Origin: an uncultured delta proteobacterium
Lineage (GTDB): Bacteria; Myxococcota_A; Polyangia; Haliangiales; Haliangiaceae
Assembly (NCBI GenBank): GCA_963848295.1
Contig: CAWKDB010000010.1
Coordinates: forward strand, 4,608,001-4,672,000
Direction: 5' to 3'
DNA: 64,000 nucleotides
Part shown: piece by piece, positions 44,847-55,707 of the stretch
Layout of the letters: each line of letters opens with the position of its first letter
Position numbering within the stretch: position 1 is the stretch's first letter
Position numbers and translations under genes: made by a program
The notes under the pieces: model-generated
The model's input: the letters and a program-made list of their open reading frames with translations, nothing else
Told to the model about the DNA's origin: nothing
Databases searched by the model: none

Positions 44847-46430
44847 GTGGCGGATACGCCGGAACAGGGGGGGCCGCCGCGTGCGGGCTCGGCCAGCGGC
44901 ATTGCGGCCGCGTCAGCCGAATCGCGAGCGGTAAGTCCGCACACACTGGACGGCGAAGGTGTTGATGCCGATCCGGAGCAGCTCGCGGTGGCGGAGCGCT
45001 ACACGTCGACGCCGAAACCAGCGACGTCGCGACCTTCGCTGAAGCGGCGCGTGACCCGGCCGAGCTTCTTGATCGATCTGACCGCAGGCAGCCCGGTCGG
45101 CGAGTACGAAGTGCAATCGCAGATCGGCGAAGGCGCGATGGGCACGGTGTTCTACGCGGTCCATCCGCTGATCGGCAAGAAGGCCGCGATCAAGGTGTTG
45201 AAGCCCGAGTTGTGCGCGAACCAAGCGCAGATCGATCGGTTCGTGCAGGAGGCCCAGGCGGTCAACAAGATCGGCCACCCGAACATCGTCGACGTGTTCT
45301 CGTTTGGCGAGCTCGCCGACGGCCGCGTTTACATGGTGATGGAGTGGCTGCGCGGCGAGGACCTCAAGGCGCGGCTCGCCCATGGCCCGATGCCGGTCGC
45401 CGATGCATGCACGATCCTCGAGGGCATCTCGCGCGCGCTCGAGGCAGCGCATGCGCAAGACATCATCCATCGCGACCTCAAGCCCGATAACGTATTCCTG
45501 CATCAGGTCGAGAACGGACCGCAGATCGTCAAGCTGCTCGACTTCGGCATCGCGAAGCTCGTCCGCGTCACGCCCGGGACCGAGCGCACGCAGACCGGCA
45601 ACATGCTCGGCACGCCGCGCTACATCGCGCCGGAGCAAGCGCGAGGCGTCAACGTCGATCCTCGCGCGGACATCTATTCGCTCGGCGTGATGGCGTTCGA
45701 GATGCTGGCAGGTCGAGCGCCGTTCGAAGGCGAGACCGCGATGGATCTCGTCGTCAAACACCTCAACGAGCCAGCGCCGAAGCTATCGGACTTCGCGCGG
45801 GTCCCGAAGGCGCTCGAAGCGTGCGTGATGAGCATGCTCGACAAGTCGGCTGACAAGCGGCCGACGCTCGCGCGCGTGCGTGCGGTGTTCGCCGATCCGT
45901 CGCAGCGTGGCACGCCCCTTCCGTTGCCAGCGCCGCGCAGGTTGCCGATCGCGGCTATCGCGGTGGTCGGGGCGATCGCGCTCGGTGGGCTGACATGGAA
46001 GCTCGTCGCTGGGGTGGAGCACGAGCAAACGACGGCGGGATCGGGATCGCCTCCGCCTGCGCCTGCGCCTGCGCCTACGCCTACGCCAGATCCGAGCCCC
46101 CCGAAGAAAGCGAACGTCGAGATCGACGTCTCGGGAGCGAAGGATGCGATCATCCTGATCGACGGCGTCGAGAAAGGGCGGGGCGAAGAGCTCAAAGCCG
46201 AGCTCGATCCCGGGCCGCACGACATCGAGGTCCGGGCGCCCGGGCGCGGGCAGATTCCCGCGCGCCACGTCGATCTCGCCCCGAACGAGACGAACACGTT
46301 ATCATTCTCGTTCAGCGCGGCGACCGCACCGGTCCCTCACCCGACCGGCGGCCGGCCGGCGCACCGCGCGAAGCCCGATTCGCGAGCCGAGCCTGATGAT
46401 GACGAGCTGCTCACGCCGCACAAGCACTGA
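44847..46430 (+). CDS. Ser/Thr protein kinase with TM and PEGA-like domain
   Basis: [30 protein letters not shown]; start uncertain. Confidence 0.9.
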   Translation: MADTPEQGGPPRAGSASGIAAASAESRAVSPHTLDGEGVDADPEQLAVAERYTSTPKPATSRPSLKRRVTRPSFLIDLTAGSPVGEYEVQSQIGEGAMGTVFYAVHPLIGKKAAIKVLKPELCANQAQIDRFVQEAQAVNKIGHPNIVDVFSFGELADGRVYMVMEWLRGEDLKARLAHGPMPVADACTILEGISRALEAAHAQDIIHRDLKPDNVFLHQVENGPQIVKLLDFGIAKLVRVTPGTERTQTGNMLGTPRYIAPEQARGVNVDPRADIYSLGVMAFEMLAGRAPFEGETAMDLVVKHLNEPAPKLSDFARVPKALEACVMSMLDKSADKRPTLARVRAVFADPSQRGTPLPLPAPRRLPIAAIAVVGAIALGGLTWKLVAGVEHEQTTAGSGSPPPAPAPAPTPTPDPSPPKKANVEIDVSGAKDAIILIDGVEKGRGEELKAELDPGPHDIEVRAPGRGQIPARHVDLAPNETNTLSFSFSAATAPVPHPTGGRPAHRAKPDSRAEPDDDELLTPHKH

Positions 46431-47253
46431 CCGGATCCGCGCGGTGCTGTTCGTCGTGGTCGCGCTCGTCGTCGCGCCGAGCGGGGTCTCGCGCGCCGAC
46501 GGCACCGACACCGCGACGCAAGCCAAGGCCGGTGTGCTGTTCGAGAAGGGCCAAGCGCACTTCCAGGCCGGCGAATACCAGGCGGCGATCCAGCTGTTCC
46601 AGGACGCCTATGGGCTCGTCCACGATCCGGTCTACCTGTTCAACATCGCGCAGAGCTTCCGCAAGACGCTCGATTGCGTCGCGGCGTCCGACTACTACAA
46701 CCGCTACCTCGCGCAGGCGAAGAACGGTGACGCGAAGACGGCGGCGAAGGTGCAAGGCTGGCTGCGCGAATTGCAGCCATGCGTCGAGCAGCGCCGGCAG
46801 GAGCGCGAGGCGGTCGAGCACGCCGCGCAGATCGAGCGCGAGGAGAAGGCGCGCGAACAAGCCGAGCGCCAGCGCCAACTCGCGGCAACGACTCACCCGA
46901 TCACGCACGAGATCGATCGCGGTCGTGGCTGGCGGATCGGTGGGGTCGCCGCGGCGTCGGTTGGCGTGGTGGGCCTCGCGCTCGGCGTCACGTACTCGGT
47001 GATCGGCGGGAACAAGAAGACCGAAGCCGCGACCCAGCTCGCGATGACGCACGACCTGACCGATCCGACGTATGTCAGCCTCGACCAAGACGGCCGCGAC
47101 GCGAACACGCTAGCGACCGTCGGCTACATCGCCGGTGGAGTGCTCGCGCTCGGCGGCGTGGCGATGTACATCTACGGCCGGATCGACGTCGAGCGCGTCG
47201 TGATCACGCCGGCGCCGGGCGGTGCGGCGGTCGGCATCACCGGCTCGTTCTGA
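46396..47253 (+). CDS. Secreted TPR protein with C-terminal hydrophobic hairpin
   Basis: LFEKGQAHFQAGEYQAAIQLFQDAY..YLFNIAQ; kinase-PEGA/TPR gene pair. Confidence 0.8.
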   Translation: MMTSCSRRTSTDRIRAVLFVVVALVVAPSGVSRADGTDTATQAKAGVLFEKGQAHFQAGEYQAAIQLFQDAYGLVHDPVYLFNIAQSFRKTLDCVAASDYYNRYLAQAKNGDAKTAAKVQGWLRELQPCVEQRRQEREAVEHAAQIEREEKAREQAERQRQLAATTHPITHEIDRGRGWRIGGVAAASVGVVGLALGVTYSVIGGNKKTEAATQLAMTHDLTDPTYVSLDQDGRDANTLATVGYIAGGVLALGGVAMYIYGRIDVERVVITPAPGGAAVGITGSF

Positions 47254-47256
47254 GTG

Positions 47257-47418
47257 ATGCTGGATCTCGCACCACTCGTCGCGGAGCTCGTGACCGTGCA
47301 CGGCGTCCACACGGTCATCTTGTATGGCTCGTATGCGCGCGGCGATGCGACGGCGGCGGCCGATGCGACGATCGAGGCGATCGCGGCGTTGGTCGAGCAG
47401 GTCACAGCGGCGCGATGA
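47257..47418 (+). pseudogene. Internally deleted minimal nucleotidyltransferase remnant
   Basis: 53-aa ORF MLDLAPLVAELVTVHGVHTVILYGSYARGDATAAADATIEAIAALVEQVTAAR; GSxARG present, catalytic DxD missing. Confidence 0.6.
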
Positions 47419-48181
47419 ACAGCGAATCGGTCGGCTCGGAGATCGCGAGATCTTTGATCGTCGTCGTGACCGTGGGATCGCCGAGATCTTTTAGGGTGGT
47501 CGCGAACTTCATGCCGTCGACGACGGTCCAGCCATCGAGCGCATAGCCGGTGCGTTGCGCCGCACCCGGCTTCACGATCTCGACGCGCGAGATCAAGCTG
47601 GTCGCGCGGGCGACGAACACGTGGAGCTCGTCGGTGCGCATCGGATCGCCGAACGTCACCGCGAGCTCGTCGTCGTCGCCGGCCGGCCCGACGTACGCGA
47701 GCTTCGTGCCGGGCTCCAGCATGAGGAACGGCAGGGTCAACAGCGCGGTGTCGGTCTCGAACGCGGCTTTCGCGACCGCGATCGCGTGGGCGCGGCTGTC
47801 CGCGTCGAGGTTCATGTGATGCTCGCCGTGCTGCATGTAGCCCATCGCATGGCTGCCGTAGAGGTCGTAGCCGACGACGACATCGCCGCCCGGCTGCATG
47901 AGCCTGCCGTAGTGGCGCGCGTTGACGCGATCCCAGGCTTCTTCGCCATCGCGCGCGACCTTGTCGTTCTGCATGACCGTCTCGTGCCAGCGCAGCTGCT
48001 TCGCGTGATCCCAGTTCGGCCCACCGGCGGCGGCGAACGCTTTGTCGGCGATCGCGAGCGCCTTCGGATCGGCGGCGGCGCGATCGAACGTCGCGGGGGC
48101 GCCGGGATAGCGAGCCGGGGTCGAGCTCGACGGGGCGCACGCGGTGATCGCGATGACGAGGCTGAGCAGTGTCGGTTTCAT
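47402..48181 (-). CDS. Lipoprotein of unknown function (LolA-like beta fold possible)
   Basis: ITAC lipobox; AAAGG..W; DSLF C-terminus. Confidence 0.65.
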   Translation of the reverse strand: MKPTLLSLVIAITACAPSSSTPARYPGAPATFDRAAADPKALAIADKAFAAAGGPNWDHAKQLRWHETVMQNDKVARDGEEAWDRVNARHYGRLMQPGGDVVVGYDLYGSHAMGYMQHGEHHMNLDADSRAHAIAVAKAAFETDTALLTLPFLMLEPGTKLAYVGPAGDDDELAVTFGDPMRTDELHVFVARATSLISRVEIVKPGAAQRTGYALDGWTVVDGMKFATTLKDLGDPTVTTTIKDLAISEPTDSLFIAPL

Positions 48182-48280
48182 CACGCGTGTCGTGACCTGC
48201 CAGCGCGGCCCGCGGTTGCCTGTTGCCATCGGCTGTTACTCACGAGGCGCGATGAGAGCGGCGATGGTCGCAGTAGCGGG

Positions 48281-49627
48281 CTAGTCCACGCCGTACTTCT
48301 TGAGCCGGTCGTAGAGCGTGCGCTCGCCGATGTCGAGCAGCTCGGCCGCCTTGCGGCGGTTGCCGCCGACGACCTCGAGCGCATGGAGCACCGCCTCGCG
48401 CTCCAGCTCGGCGAGCGGCCGCACCGCGCCATCGGTCCGCGGCGCGCCACCGGCCGCAGCCGGCGCGGCGTCTTCGAGCCACAGGTGCTCGGCGTCGATC
48501 GTGTCGCCGTCGGCGAGGATCGCGGCGCGCTCGAGCGCGTTCGCGAGCTCGCGCACGTTGCCGCGCCACGCGGCAGCCGAGATTCGCTTTTCGGCGGCGG
48601 GCGATAGCTTCGGCACGCTGCGCTTGAGATCTGCGGCGATGCGCTGGAGCAATGCCTTCGCGATCGGCAGCACGTCGCCGCGCCGCTCGCGCAGCGCCGG
48701 CAGCTTGATCGGGAACACCGCGAGCCGGTGATAGAGATCCTCGCGAAACGCGCCGCGATCGATCATCACGCGCAGGTCGCGGTTCGTCGCGGCGATCCAG
48801 CGCACGTCGGCTTCGAGCGTGCGACTGCCGCCGACGCGCTCGAACCGGCGCTCTTGCAGCACGCGCAACAGCTTCGCTTGGAGCTCGGGCTTGAGCTCGC
48901 CGACCTCGTCGAGGAAGAACGTGCCACCCTCGGCGAGCTCGAGCCGGCCGCGCTTGCGCTCGGTCGCGCCGGTGAACGCGCCCTTCTCGTGACCGAACAG
49001 CTCGCTCTCGAGCAGCGTCTCGGACAGCGCGGCGCAGTTGATCGCCATGAACGGCTTCGTCGCGCGCGGGCTCTTCGCGTGGATCGCGTGCGCGGCGACC
49101 TCCTTGCCGGTGCCGCTCTCGCCAAGCAGCAGCACGGTCGCTGCGGTGCGCGCGACCTTGTCGATCGCTTCGACGACCGGCGCCATCGCGGGATCGCCGT
49201 AGGTCAACGGCGGCCCGACCGGCACGGTGCGGCGCTCGGCGCTGTCGGCGCGGTCGCGCAGGCCGCGATGCTCGGCGGCGCGCTGCACGAGCAAGCGCAG
49301 CTCGTCGGGTCCGGACAGCGGTTTCTGGAGGTACTCGAACGCGCCGAGCTTCATCGCCTCGACTGCGGTGTCGACCGTGCCGTGCGCGGTCATCACGACG
49401 ATCTCGATCTCCGGCTGCTCGGCGCGCACCTTGCGCAACAGCGCCATGCCGTCCATCCCCGGCATCTTCAGATCGGTGATCAGCACGTCGAACCCGCGCT
49501 CGTCGAGCAGCTTCGCGGCTTGTTTGCCGTCGGGCGCCGCGACGACCGAATGGTCGTCGAGCGCGAGCGCGTCGGTGATGAACTCGCGCAGCCCGGGCTC
49601 GTCGTCGGCAACAAGGATGCGGGCCAT
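48281..49627 (-). CDS. Sigma54-dependent response regulator (ZraR/AtoC/NtrC family)
   Basis: Receiver domain, GESGTGKE, GAFTGA, FLDEV, WRGNVREL, Fis-type HTH. Confidence 0.95.
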   Translation of the reverse strand: MARILVADDEPGLREFITDALALDDHSVVAAPDGKQAAKLLDERGFDVLITDLKMPGMDGMALLRKVRAEQPEIEIVVMTAHGTVDTAVEAMKLGAFEYLQKPLSGPDELRLLVQRAAEHRGLRDRADSAERRTVPVGPPLTYGDPAMAPVVEAIDKVARTAATVLLLGESGTGKEVAAHAIHAKSPRATKPFMAINCAALSETLLESELFGHEKGAFTGATERKRGRLELAEGGTFFLDEVGELKPELQAKLLRVLQERRFERVGGSRTLEADVRWIAATNRDLRVMIDRGAFREDLYHRLAVFPIKLPALRERRGDVLPIAKALLQRIAADLKRSVPKLSPAAEKRISAAAWRGNVRELANALERAAILADGDTIDAEHLWLEDAAPAAAGGAPRTDGAVRPLAELEREAVLHALEVVGGNRRKAAELLDIGERTLYDRLKKYGVD

Positions 49628-49635
49628 GGCTTCGT

Positions 49636-50856
49636 TTACCTCGGAATCTCGACGCGAAACACCGCGCCGCCTGCCGGATCGACCGACACGCCGATCGTTC
49701 CGCCGTGGAGCAGCACGATCCGGCGCGCGACCGACAGGCCCAAGCCCGTGCCGTGCGTCTTGTTCGTGTAGAACGGCTCGAAGATCTTGTCGCGATCGGC
49801 CTCGGGCACGCCGGGGCCGCGATCGGCGACCGCGACGACCAGCCGGCCGCGCTCGACCGTCGCGCACGCGCGCACCGGCGGTCCGGCGTGGACCGCGTTC
49901 GAGATCAGATTCGACACGACCTGGTGCATGCGCTCGCGGTCGATCGGCCAGCGGATCGCGCCCGGCGGCGTCTCGATCGTCACGCCATCTTGCGCGCAGC
50001 TCGCGAGCAGCTCGCCGATGTCGGTGACCTCGCGCTTGATCTCGCCGTGCTTCGCGAACGACAGTAGATCTTGGGTCAGCCGCTCGAGCCGTTGCGCCTC
50101 GTCGACGACGCGCTCGGCTTTGGCCCTCGGCTTCTCGCCTTCCGGCAACATCGACACCAGCAACTGAGCGTTGCCTTTGAGCGAGGCGAGTGGGTTCTTG
50201 ATCTCGTGCGCGAGCACCGCCGACATCTCGCCGAGGCTCGCGAGCCGGCGCTCGCGTTCGCGCGCGTTGTCTTCGGCGCGGCGGTTCAACTCGCGGCGCA
50301 CCATCGCGATCGCGACGCCGAGCAGGGTGAGCGCGGCGAGCGTCCCGATCTCGAGGTTGCGCGTCGCCGCGGTGCGCACCGCTTCCGCCTCGACCGGCTC
50401 GATCTCCATCACGACCCACAGCGCGTGGCCACCTTCACCCCACGCGCGGCGGAACGGCAAGCGCACCTCGACTCGCACCCGGTTGTCGACGAGCGCGACG
50501 TGCCGTGTCGGGCCGGTGCTGCCATGGCCGTGGAGCGACGGATCGAGCTCGCTGCCGAGCGCCTTGCCGGCTTCGTCCTCGATCCGGCCATGCTCGAGCG
50601 ACGCGACGTAGCGCAGACCCTCGGCGGCATGGTCGCGGAGGATCGCCGCGAGATCGTCGGCGGTGGGCGGGTGACCGACGTCCGCGAGATCGGCGCGCAC
50701 GCTCTGTTCGACCGCGAGCGCCTGTCCGGACTGTACCGCGGACGACGCCTCGACGACGGTCGACCGCGTCGACCACGCGGTCGCGAGCACCGCCGCGCCG
50801 ATCAGCGCGAACGCGACCACGATCGACCAGCCGGCGAGCGCGGGGCTTCGCCTCAT
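49636..50856 (-). CDS. Sensor histidine kinase
   Basis: 2 TM; AHEIKNPL; NLISNA; DRGPG; GTGLGL. Confidence 0.92.
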   Translation of the reverse strand: MRRSPALAGWSIVVAFALIGAAVLATAWSTRSTVVEASSAVQSGQALAVEQSVRADLADVGHPPTADDLAAILRDHAAEGLRYVASLEHGRIEDEAGKALGSELDPSLHGHGSTGPTRHVALVDNRVRVEVRLPFRRAWGEGGHALWVVMEIEPVEAEAVRTAATRNLEIGTLAALTLLGVAIAMVRRELNRRAEDNARERERRLASLGEMSAVLAHEIKNPLASLKGNAQLLVSMLPEGEKPRAKAERVVDEAQRLERLTQDLLSFAKHGEIKREVTDIGELLASCAQDGVTIETPPGAIRWPIDRERMHQVVSNLISNAVHAGPPVRACATVERGRLVVAVADRGPGVPEADRDKIFEPFYTNKTHGTGLGLSVARRIVLLHGGTIGVSVDPAGGAVFRVEIPR

Positions 50857-50862
50857 CGGCCG

Positions 50863-50908
50863 CCCTTCGCCCTGAGCGGACAGCCGTTCGATCGAAGGTC
50901 CTCAGGGC
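50863..50908. repeat. Intergenic REP-like imperfect palindrome
   Basis: GCCCTGAG...CTCAGGGC arms around TTCGATCGAA; single copy in the window. Confidence 0.35.
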
Positions 50909-50939
50909 TCATCGCCGGCAGCATACGTCACGCCACGCT

Positions 50940-51377
50940 CTACAGCGCGGGCGCGGGACCGGCGCCACCTTGGCCTCGGTTGCCCCAGCCGCCGTGATGA
51001 TGGCGATGACCGAACTTGCCCATGCGAGCTTGCGCGGCCTTGAACTCGGACAGGCTGATCTGGCCGTCCTTGTTCGTGTCCATCTTCTCGAAGCGCGCGG
51101 TCGCGCGCTCGTCGCGCATCACGGCCTTCTCGCTCGCATCGAGCTTGCCGTCCTTGTTCGTGTCGTACTTCGCGAGCATCTTCGCCTTGAAGTCGGCGCG
51201 CATGGCCGCGCGCTCCGACGCGTCGAGCTTGCCGTCGCCGTTGGCGTCGTATTTCTGGAGTAGCGCGGCCTTGTTCGGGCCGTCGGGACCGCCGCCGCCT
51301 TGAGCGGCGCAGATGGCGGCAGTGCCGCCGAGTAAAGAGGCCGAGAGAGCGAGAGCGATCTTCAACTTGGTCAGCAT
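50940..51377 (-). CDS. Secreted EF-hand protein
   Basis: AAGGAG SD; signal peptide; DANGDGKLDASE, DTNKDGKLDASE, DTNKDGQISLSE; His-rich tail. Confidence 0.85.
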   Translation of the reverse strand: MLTKLKIALALSASLLGGTAAICAAQGGGGPDGPNKAALLQKYDANGDGKLDASERAAMRADFKAKMLAKYDTNKDGKLDASEKAVMRDERATARFEKMDTNKDGQISLSEFKAAQARMGKFGHRHHHGGWGNRGQGGAGPAPAL

Positions 51378-51464
51378 GGGTTTCTCCTTGGTTCGATCCA
51401 GACCGCACCGCCATTCGGCGGTGCTGCCGGCGCGGGCAAGCCCGGCGCCGTCGAGCTGACCTAT

Positions 51465-51557
51465 CGCAACCGGCGTGCCGCGCCAAACCCGCGATTTCTC
51501 GTCGGCGCTCGCTCCGCGCTCTGCGCTTCTCGCAGGCGGTCGCTGCATGTTCTGCAG
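51465..51557 (-). promoter_or_regulatory. Sigma54 promoter with tandem enhancer palindromes
   Basis: CGGCACGCCGGTTGCG (GG-N10-GC, 51480-65); CTGCG-N5-CGCAG (51521-35) and CTGCA-N5-TGCAG (51543-57), 22 bp apart. Confidence 0.65.
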
Positions 51558-51565
51558 AAACCCGC

Positions 51566-51596
51566 TTGACCCTCACGCGGCGTGAGGCCGTAGCGT
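51566..51596 (+). promoter_or_regulatory. MerR/TipA-type promoter-operator
   Basis: TTGACC-N19-TAGCGT with palindrome CCTCACGC-G-GCGTGAGG in the spacer. Confidence 0.85.
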
Positions 51597-51603
51597 CCCG
51601 GTC

Positions 51604-52347
51604 ATGGCGTTCACTGTAGGCGATCTCGCGAAGCTGACCGGCGTGACGGTCCGTGCACTGCACCACTACGACGAGCTCGGCCTCGTCGTGCCGTCGCAGC
51701 GCAGCGCAGCCGGTTATCGCCTGTACGGCGACGCCGATATCTTGCGGTTACAGCAGGTCTTTCTGTTCCGCGAGCTCGGCTTGCCGCTCGACGAGATCGC
51801 CGCAGTGCTCGACGATCCCGACTACGACCCGATCGATGCGTTGCGCCGTCACCGCGAGGTGCTGGTCGCAAAGCGCGCGCGGCTCGACGCGATGCTCGTC
51901 GCACTCGACGCCGCGATCTCCACTCCGAACCAAGGCAAGACGATGAGACCCGACGACATCAAGAATCTGTTCGATGGCTTCGACCCCGACGACTACGCCG
52001 AACAAGCGCAGCAGCGCTGGGGCGAGACCGACTCGTTCCAGGAGTCGGCGCGGCGGACCAAGCGCTACGGCAAACCTGAATGGGAGCAGATCAAGCGCAA
52101 GGCCGACGCGATCTACACGCGACTCGCGGCGCTGATGGCCGCCGGCGCGGCGCCCGACGATCCGGCGGTCGCGGCGCAGGTCGAGGCGCACCGCCTGCAC
52201 ATCGATCGCTGGTTCTACCCGTGCTCGACTGCGATCCACGCCAAGCTCGGCGAGATGTACGTCGCCGATCCGAGATTCACCGCGAACCTCGATCGCCACC
52301 GCGCCGGCCTCGCGCAGTTCATGCGCGATGCGTTCGTCGCGGGGTGA
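51604..52347 (+). CDS. tipA: MerR family regulator with TipAS domain
   Basis: TVRALHHYDELGL..GYRLY; QRWGETDSFQESARRT; LGEMYVADPRF. Confidence 0.85.
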   Translation: MAFTVGDLAKLTGVTVRALHHYDELGLVVPSQRSAAGYRLYGDADILRLQQVFLFRELGLPLDEIAAVLDDPDYDPIDALRRHREVLVAKRARLDAMLVALDAAISTPNQGKTMRPDDIKNLFDGFDPDDYAEQAQQRWGETDSFQESARRTKRYGKPEWEQIKRKADAIYTRLAALMAAGAAPDDPAVAAQVEAHRLHIDRWFYPCSTAIHAKLGEMYVADPRFTANLDRHRAGLAQFMRDAFVAG

Positions 52348-52612
52348 GCGCGCGGGCCCATGGAATCAGCGTGCGGATGCGGCGCGCTCGCCCGAGCCGG
52401 GCGGCGAGCGCGCCGATCGCGACGTGGCAAGCGCTCGCGATCCCGATGAAGACGGCGAACACCGCGAACGGGTTCACCGTCGCCCCCCGGTGCCAGGTGT
52501 TGTCGCCCGGTAGCGCGATCAGGAGCCCGATCGCCCCACCGACACCGAGTGCGATCGCCGCCAGGATGTGCAGCGCTCGCCAGCCCAGGTTGCGCACGTC
52601 GAGGTCTTCCAT
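52319..52612 (-). CDS. Small 2-TM hypothetical protein
   Basis: Two hydrophobic helices; fills the gap between neighbouring genes. Confidence 0.45.
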   Translation of the reverse strand: MEDLDVRNLGWRALHILAAIALGVGGAIGLLIALPGDNTWHRGATVNPFAVFAVFIGIASACHVAIGALAARLGRARRIRTLIPWARALTPRRTHRA

Positions 52613-52665
52613 CGGTTCGATGACACGAGGCAGCTCGGCGAGTTGCGCGCTATGATGCTCGCGGA

Positions 52666-55600
52666 ATGGCCGACGGCACCGACGACCAGCTGGCGCGCAC
52701 CGCGACCGTGCCCGGCCGGGCCGCGTCGGTGGGCGATGGCACGCTGCCGTCGGCGGGCGAGGCGCTCGGTCGCTATCGGCTCGAACGCGAGCTCGGCGCC
52801 GGGGGCATGGGCGTCGTGTTCGCGGCGTTCGATTCGAAGCTCGAGCGCCGCGTCGCGCTCAAGGTCCTGCGCGGCGGAGGCGCCGGGAGCGATGCAAACC
52901 GCCGCTTGCTCAACGAAGCGCGCGCGATGGCGCGGCTGACCCACAGCAACGTCGTCACCGTGCACGAGGCCGACTCGGTCGGCGGTCGCGACTACGTGGC
53001 GATGGAGCTGATCGACGGCGGGACGCTCGCGGAATGGATGCGGACCGCGCCGCGGACGCCCGAGGCGATCGTCGCGGCGTTCGTCGCCGCCGGTCGCGGG
53101 CTCGCCGCCGCGCACGGCGCGGGCCTCGTCCACCGCGACTTCAAGCCGCACAACGTGCTGCGCCGCAGCGACGGGCGGATCGCGGTGACCGACTTCGGGC
53201 TCGCGCGCGAGGCGGGAGCCGATCCGATGGCGGTGACCGTCGACCTCGGGAGGGCGACCAGCGAGGGCGGCAACACCCCGAGCGCGCTGTCCGGGCTGAC
53301 CGTGACCGGCTCGTTGCTCGGCACGCCGGCGTACATGGCGCCGGAGCAGTGGAGCGGCGGCAAGATCGGCCCGGCCGCGGATCAGTTCGCGTTCTGCGTC
53401 GCGTTGTGGGAGGCGCTCGCCGGCGAGCGGCCGTATCGCGGCGACTCGTTCGAGGCGTTGAAAGACGCGATCGGGCGAGGACCGGCCGCGCTCGACGGCT
53501 CGAAGTTGCCAAAGGCGTTGCGCGCACCACTCGCCCGCGGGCTCGATCCCGATCCGGCGAAGCGGTGGCCGACGATGACCGCGCTGCTCGACGCGCTCGA
53601 CCGCACGATCGCGCCGCCAAAGCCGCGGCGGCTCGCGCTGCGCTGGAGGCTCGCGCTCATCGCGGTGGCCTTGCTGATCTCGTTTGGGATGGATCATTTT
53701 TGGAACCACGAGCCGGTGGTAGCCGCGTGCCGCGCACCGGCGCACGATCCGGCGACGATCTGGCCGCAGCCGCTCGAGGGCCACGCCATGCTCGGCAAGG
53801 TGCTCGGCCACGATCTCGCGGCGTGGAAGTCCTGGCGCGCCGAGGCGTGCAAGGCCGAGCCGGAGAAGCGCGACGCGATGCTGACGTGTCTCGATGGCGT
53901 GCTGTCGCGGCTCGATCTCGTGCGACGCGCGGCGGCGCTGGCCGGCGGCGCGGGTGATGCAAATCTCGACGATCTCGCGATCGGCTGGCTCGTCGAGCCG
54001 AGCGTCTGCGGTGCGATCTCGCCTCCGCCGCGGCTGGCACTCGAGCCGACTCCCGCGATCGTCGGCGCGCTCGTCGAGCGGTTCAAGCTGGTGCTCGGCG
54101 GCCACGCAGCGACCGGCGACGAGCCGAGCGAGCCGTGCGCGCAGGCGATCACGTTGTGGACCCGATCGATCGACGACCGCGAGCGCGAGCACCGCGACTT
54201 CATCCAGCGCGCATCGGGCGACGCCGATCGCTGCGGCGACGATCGCTTGCGCGCGGACCTCGCGCTCGCCGAAGCCTGGAAGCCCTACCAGCAACCACGC
54301 GGTGGATCCGAAGGCGAGGCTGCGATCGTTCGAGCCGACAGCGTCGCGCAACACGTGCTGCAGAGCGATCTGTCGGCTCAGATCGAAGGGCTGCGCTCTG
54401 TCGCTGCAGAACAACGCGGGCTGCTCGATGCTTCGCTCGCGCTTGCGCGACGATGCGAGCCGACGCTACGAGGAGCGCGGCCGGATCGCGTCGGCGCTCC
54501 AGTCGGTCGAGGGAGCCGATAGCCATCGGCTCGGGCGCGCGACCGCCGCCGATCTCGAGACCGTCACGAAAGACATCGCGACTTGGCGGCCCATCGCCAT
54601 CGCCGCCGGACTCGATGCGGCAGTCGCCGAGCTCGATGGCATCGCTGGTGCTCATGACGTTCATCAAGGGTGACGTCGATAGGCGCACAGAAGCAACTCG
54701 AAGCCGCCTGGCGCGCATACCGGCCTCATCACAAGCCGACCCACCGGACGACGATCGAGGTCAGACGGCACGGTCGTCGATAGCGCGGGGCGGCCGGTCG
54801 CCGGCGCGACCGTCGCGGTCGATGAAGTCCTGCAGTCGGTCTCGCCAGCATCATCTTCCCGCAGAACCTCGATAGTTTTCGCTCGGTCGTCACCGACGAG
54901 CACGGGAAGTTCTCGATCCCGGATGCGAGCCAGGACTCGATCGCGGTCGCGCAACATCGGCGATCAGCGCTCGTCGGCGGTGCTCGGTACGACCGCGACG
55001 CGTCTCGTGCTCGAGCCGACCCGCCGGCTAAGCGGACAGGATCGAGCTAGGCGCCGGCGCTCCGGCGAACCTCGTGATCACGGTCTCGACCGACAAGCTC
55101 CGAGGTCGCCGGTTATTACAGCGAGGTCGCGCCGGTCTCGCCCGATGGCTCGTTCGAGCTGGACGGCGTGCCGATCGAAGCGATTCGCATCGGCGCGGTC
55201 GGGGAGGGCAACATCGACGTGAGCGTGCAGATGGTGACCGTCCCTGCGGGTCGCGAGCCGGTGAAGGATGTGAAGATCACGGTGAACGGCAGCACGCGCG
55301 GGCTCGTCGTGATCGTTCGCAGCACGCATGTCGACGACATTGCAGCAAGCCGAGGTCATGGTGTTCACCGGGCACCTTCAGGCGAAGGTGTTTGGCGAGC
55401 TGCTCGGCCAGCGCAAGAGCGGGGCGACCTCGGTCGAGTTCGCGACGAGCGTGAGCCGGGAAAAAGCGCCCCCCGAGGTGATCGGCGTGCTCGAGCGTGG
55501 GGACCTGCTCGCGCAATTCAAGACCGCACCTCCCGGCGAGGTGACGGTGTGCGCCGTGCCTCTACCGGACGACGTCACGAGTCCGCGCATCAATCACCTG

Positions 55601-55702
55601 TTACAGACCCATCGCATGGATCTCGAGCTCAAGTGCGTGCCCGCCGCCGCCGATGCGAAGGTGGTCGTCGTCGAGACGCCGCCGCAAAAACGTCTCGATT
55701 AG
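52666..55702 (+). CDS. Ser/Thr protein kinase with long extracellular region (multiple frameshifts after ~54450)
   Basis: GAGGMG, HRDFKPHN, DFG, GTPAYMAPE, TM; downstream fragments GTVVDSAGRPVAGATV, DGSFELDGVP and GEVTVCAVP lie in shifting frames. Confidence 0.7.
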
Positions 55703-55707
55703 AGCTG

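Noticed and set aside
46053..46087. (GCGCCT)n repeat
   Set aside because: Ordinary short Pro-Ala/Pro-Thr linker in the kinase.
50940..51377. EF-hand protein as lanmodulin
   Set aside because: The loops lack the Pro at position 2 typical of lanmodulin.
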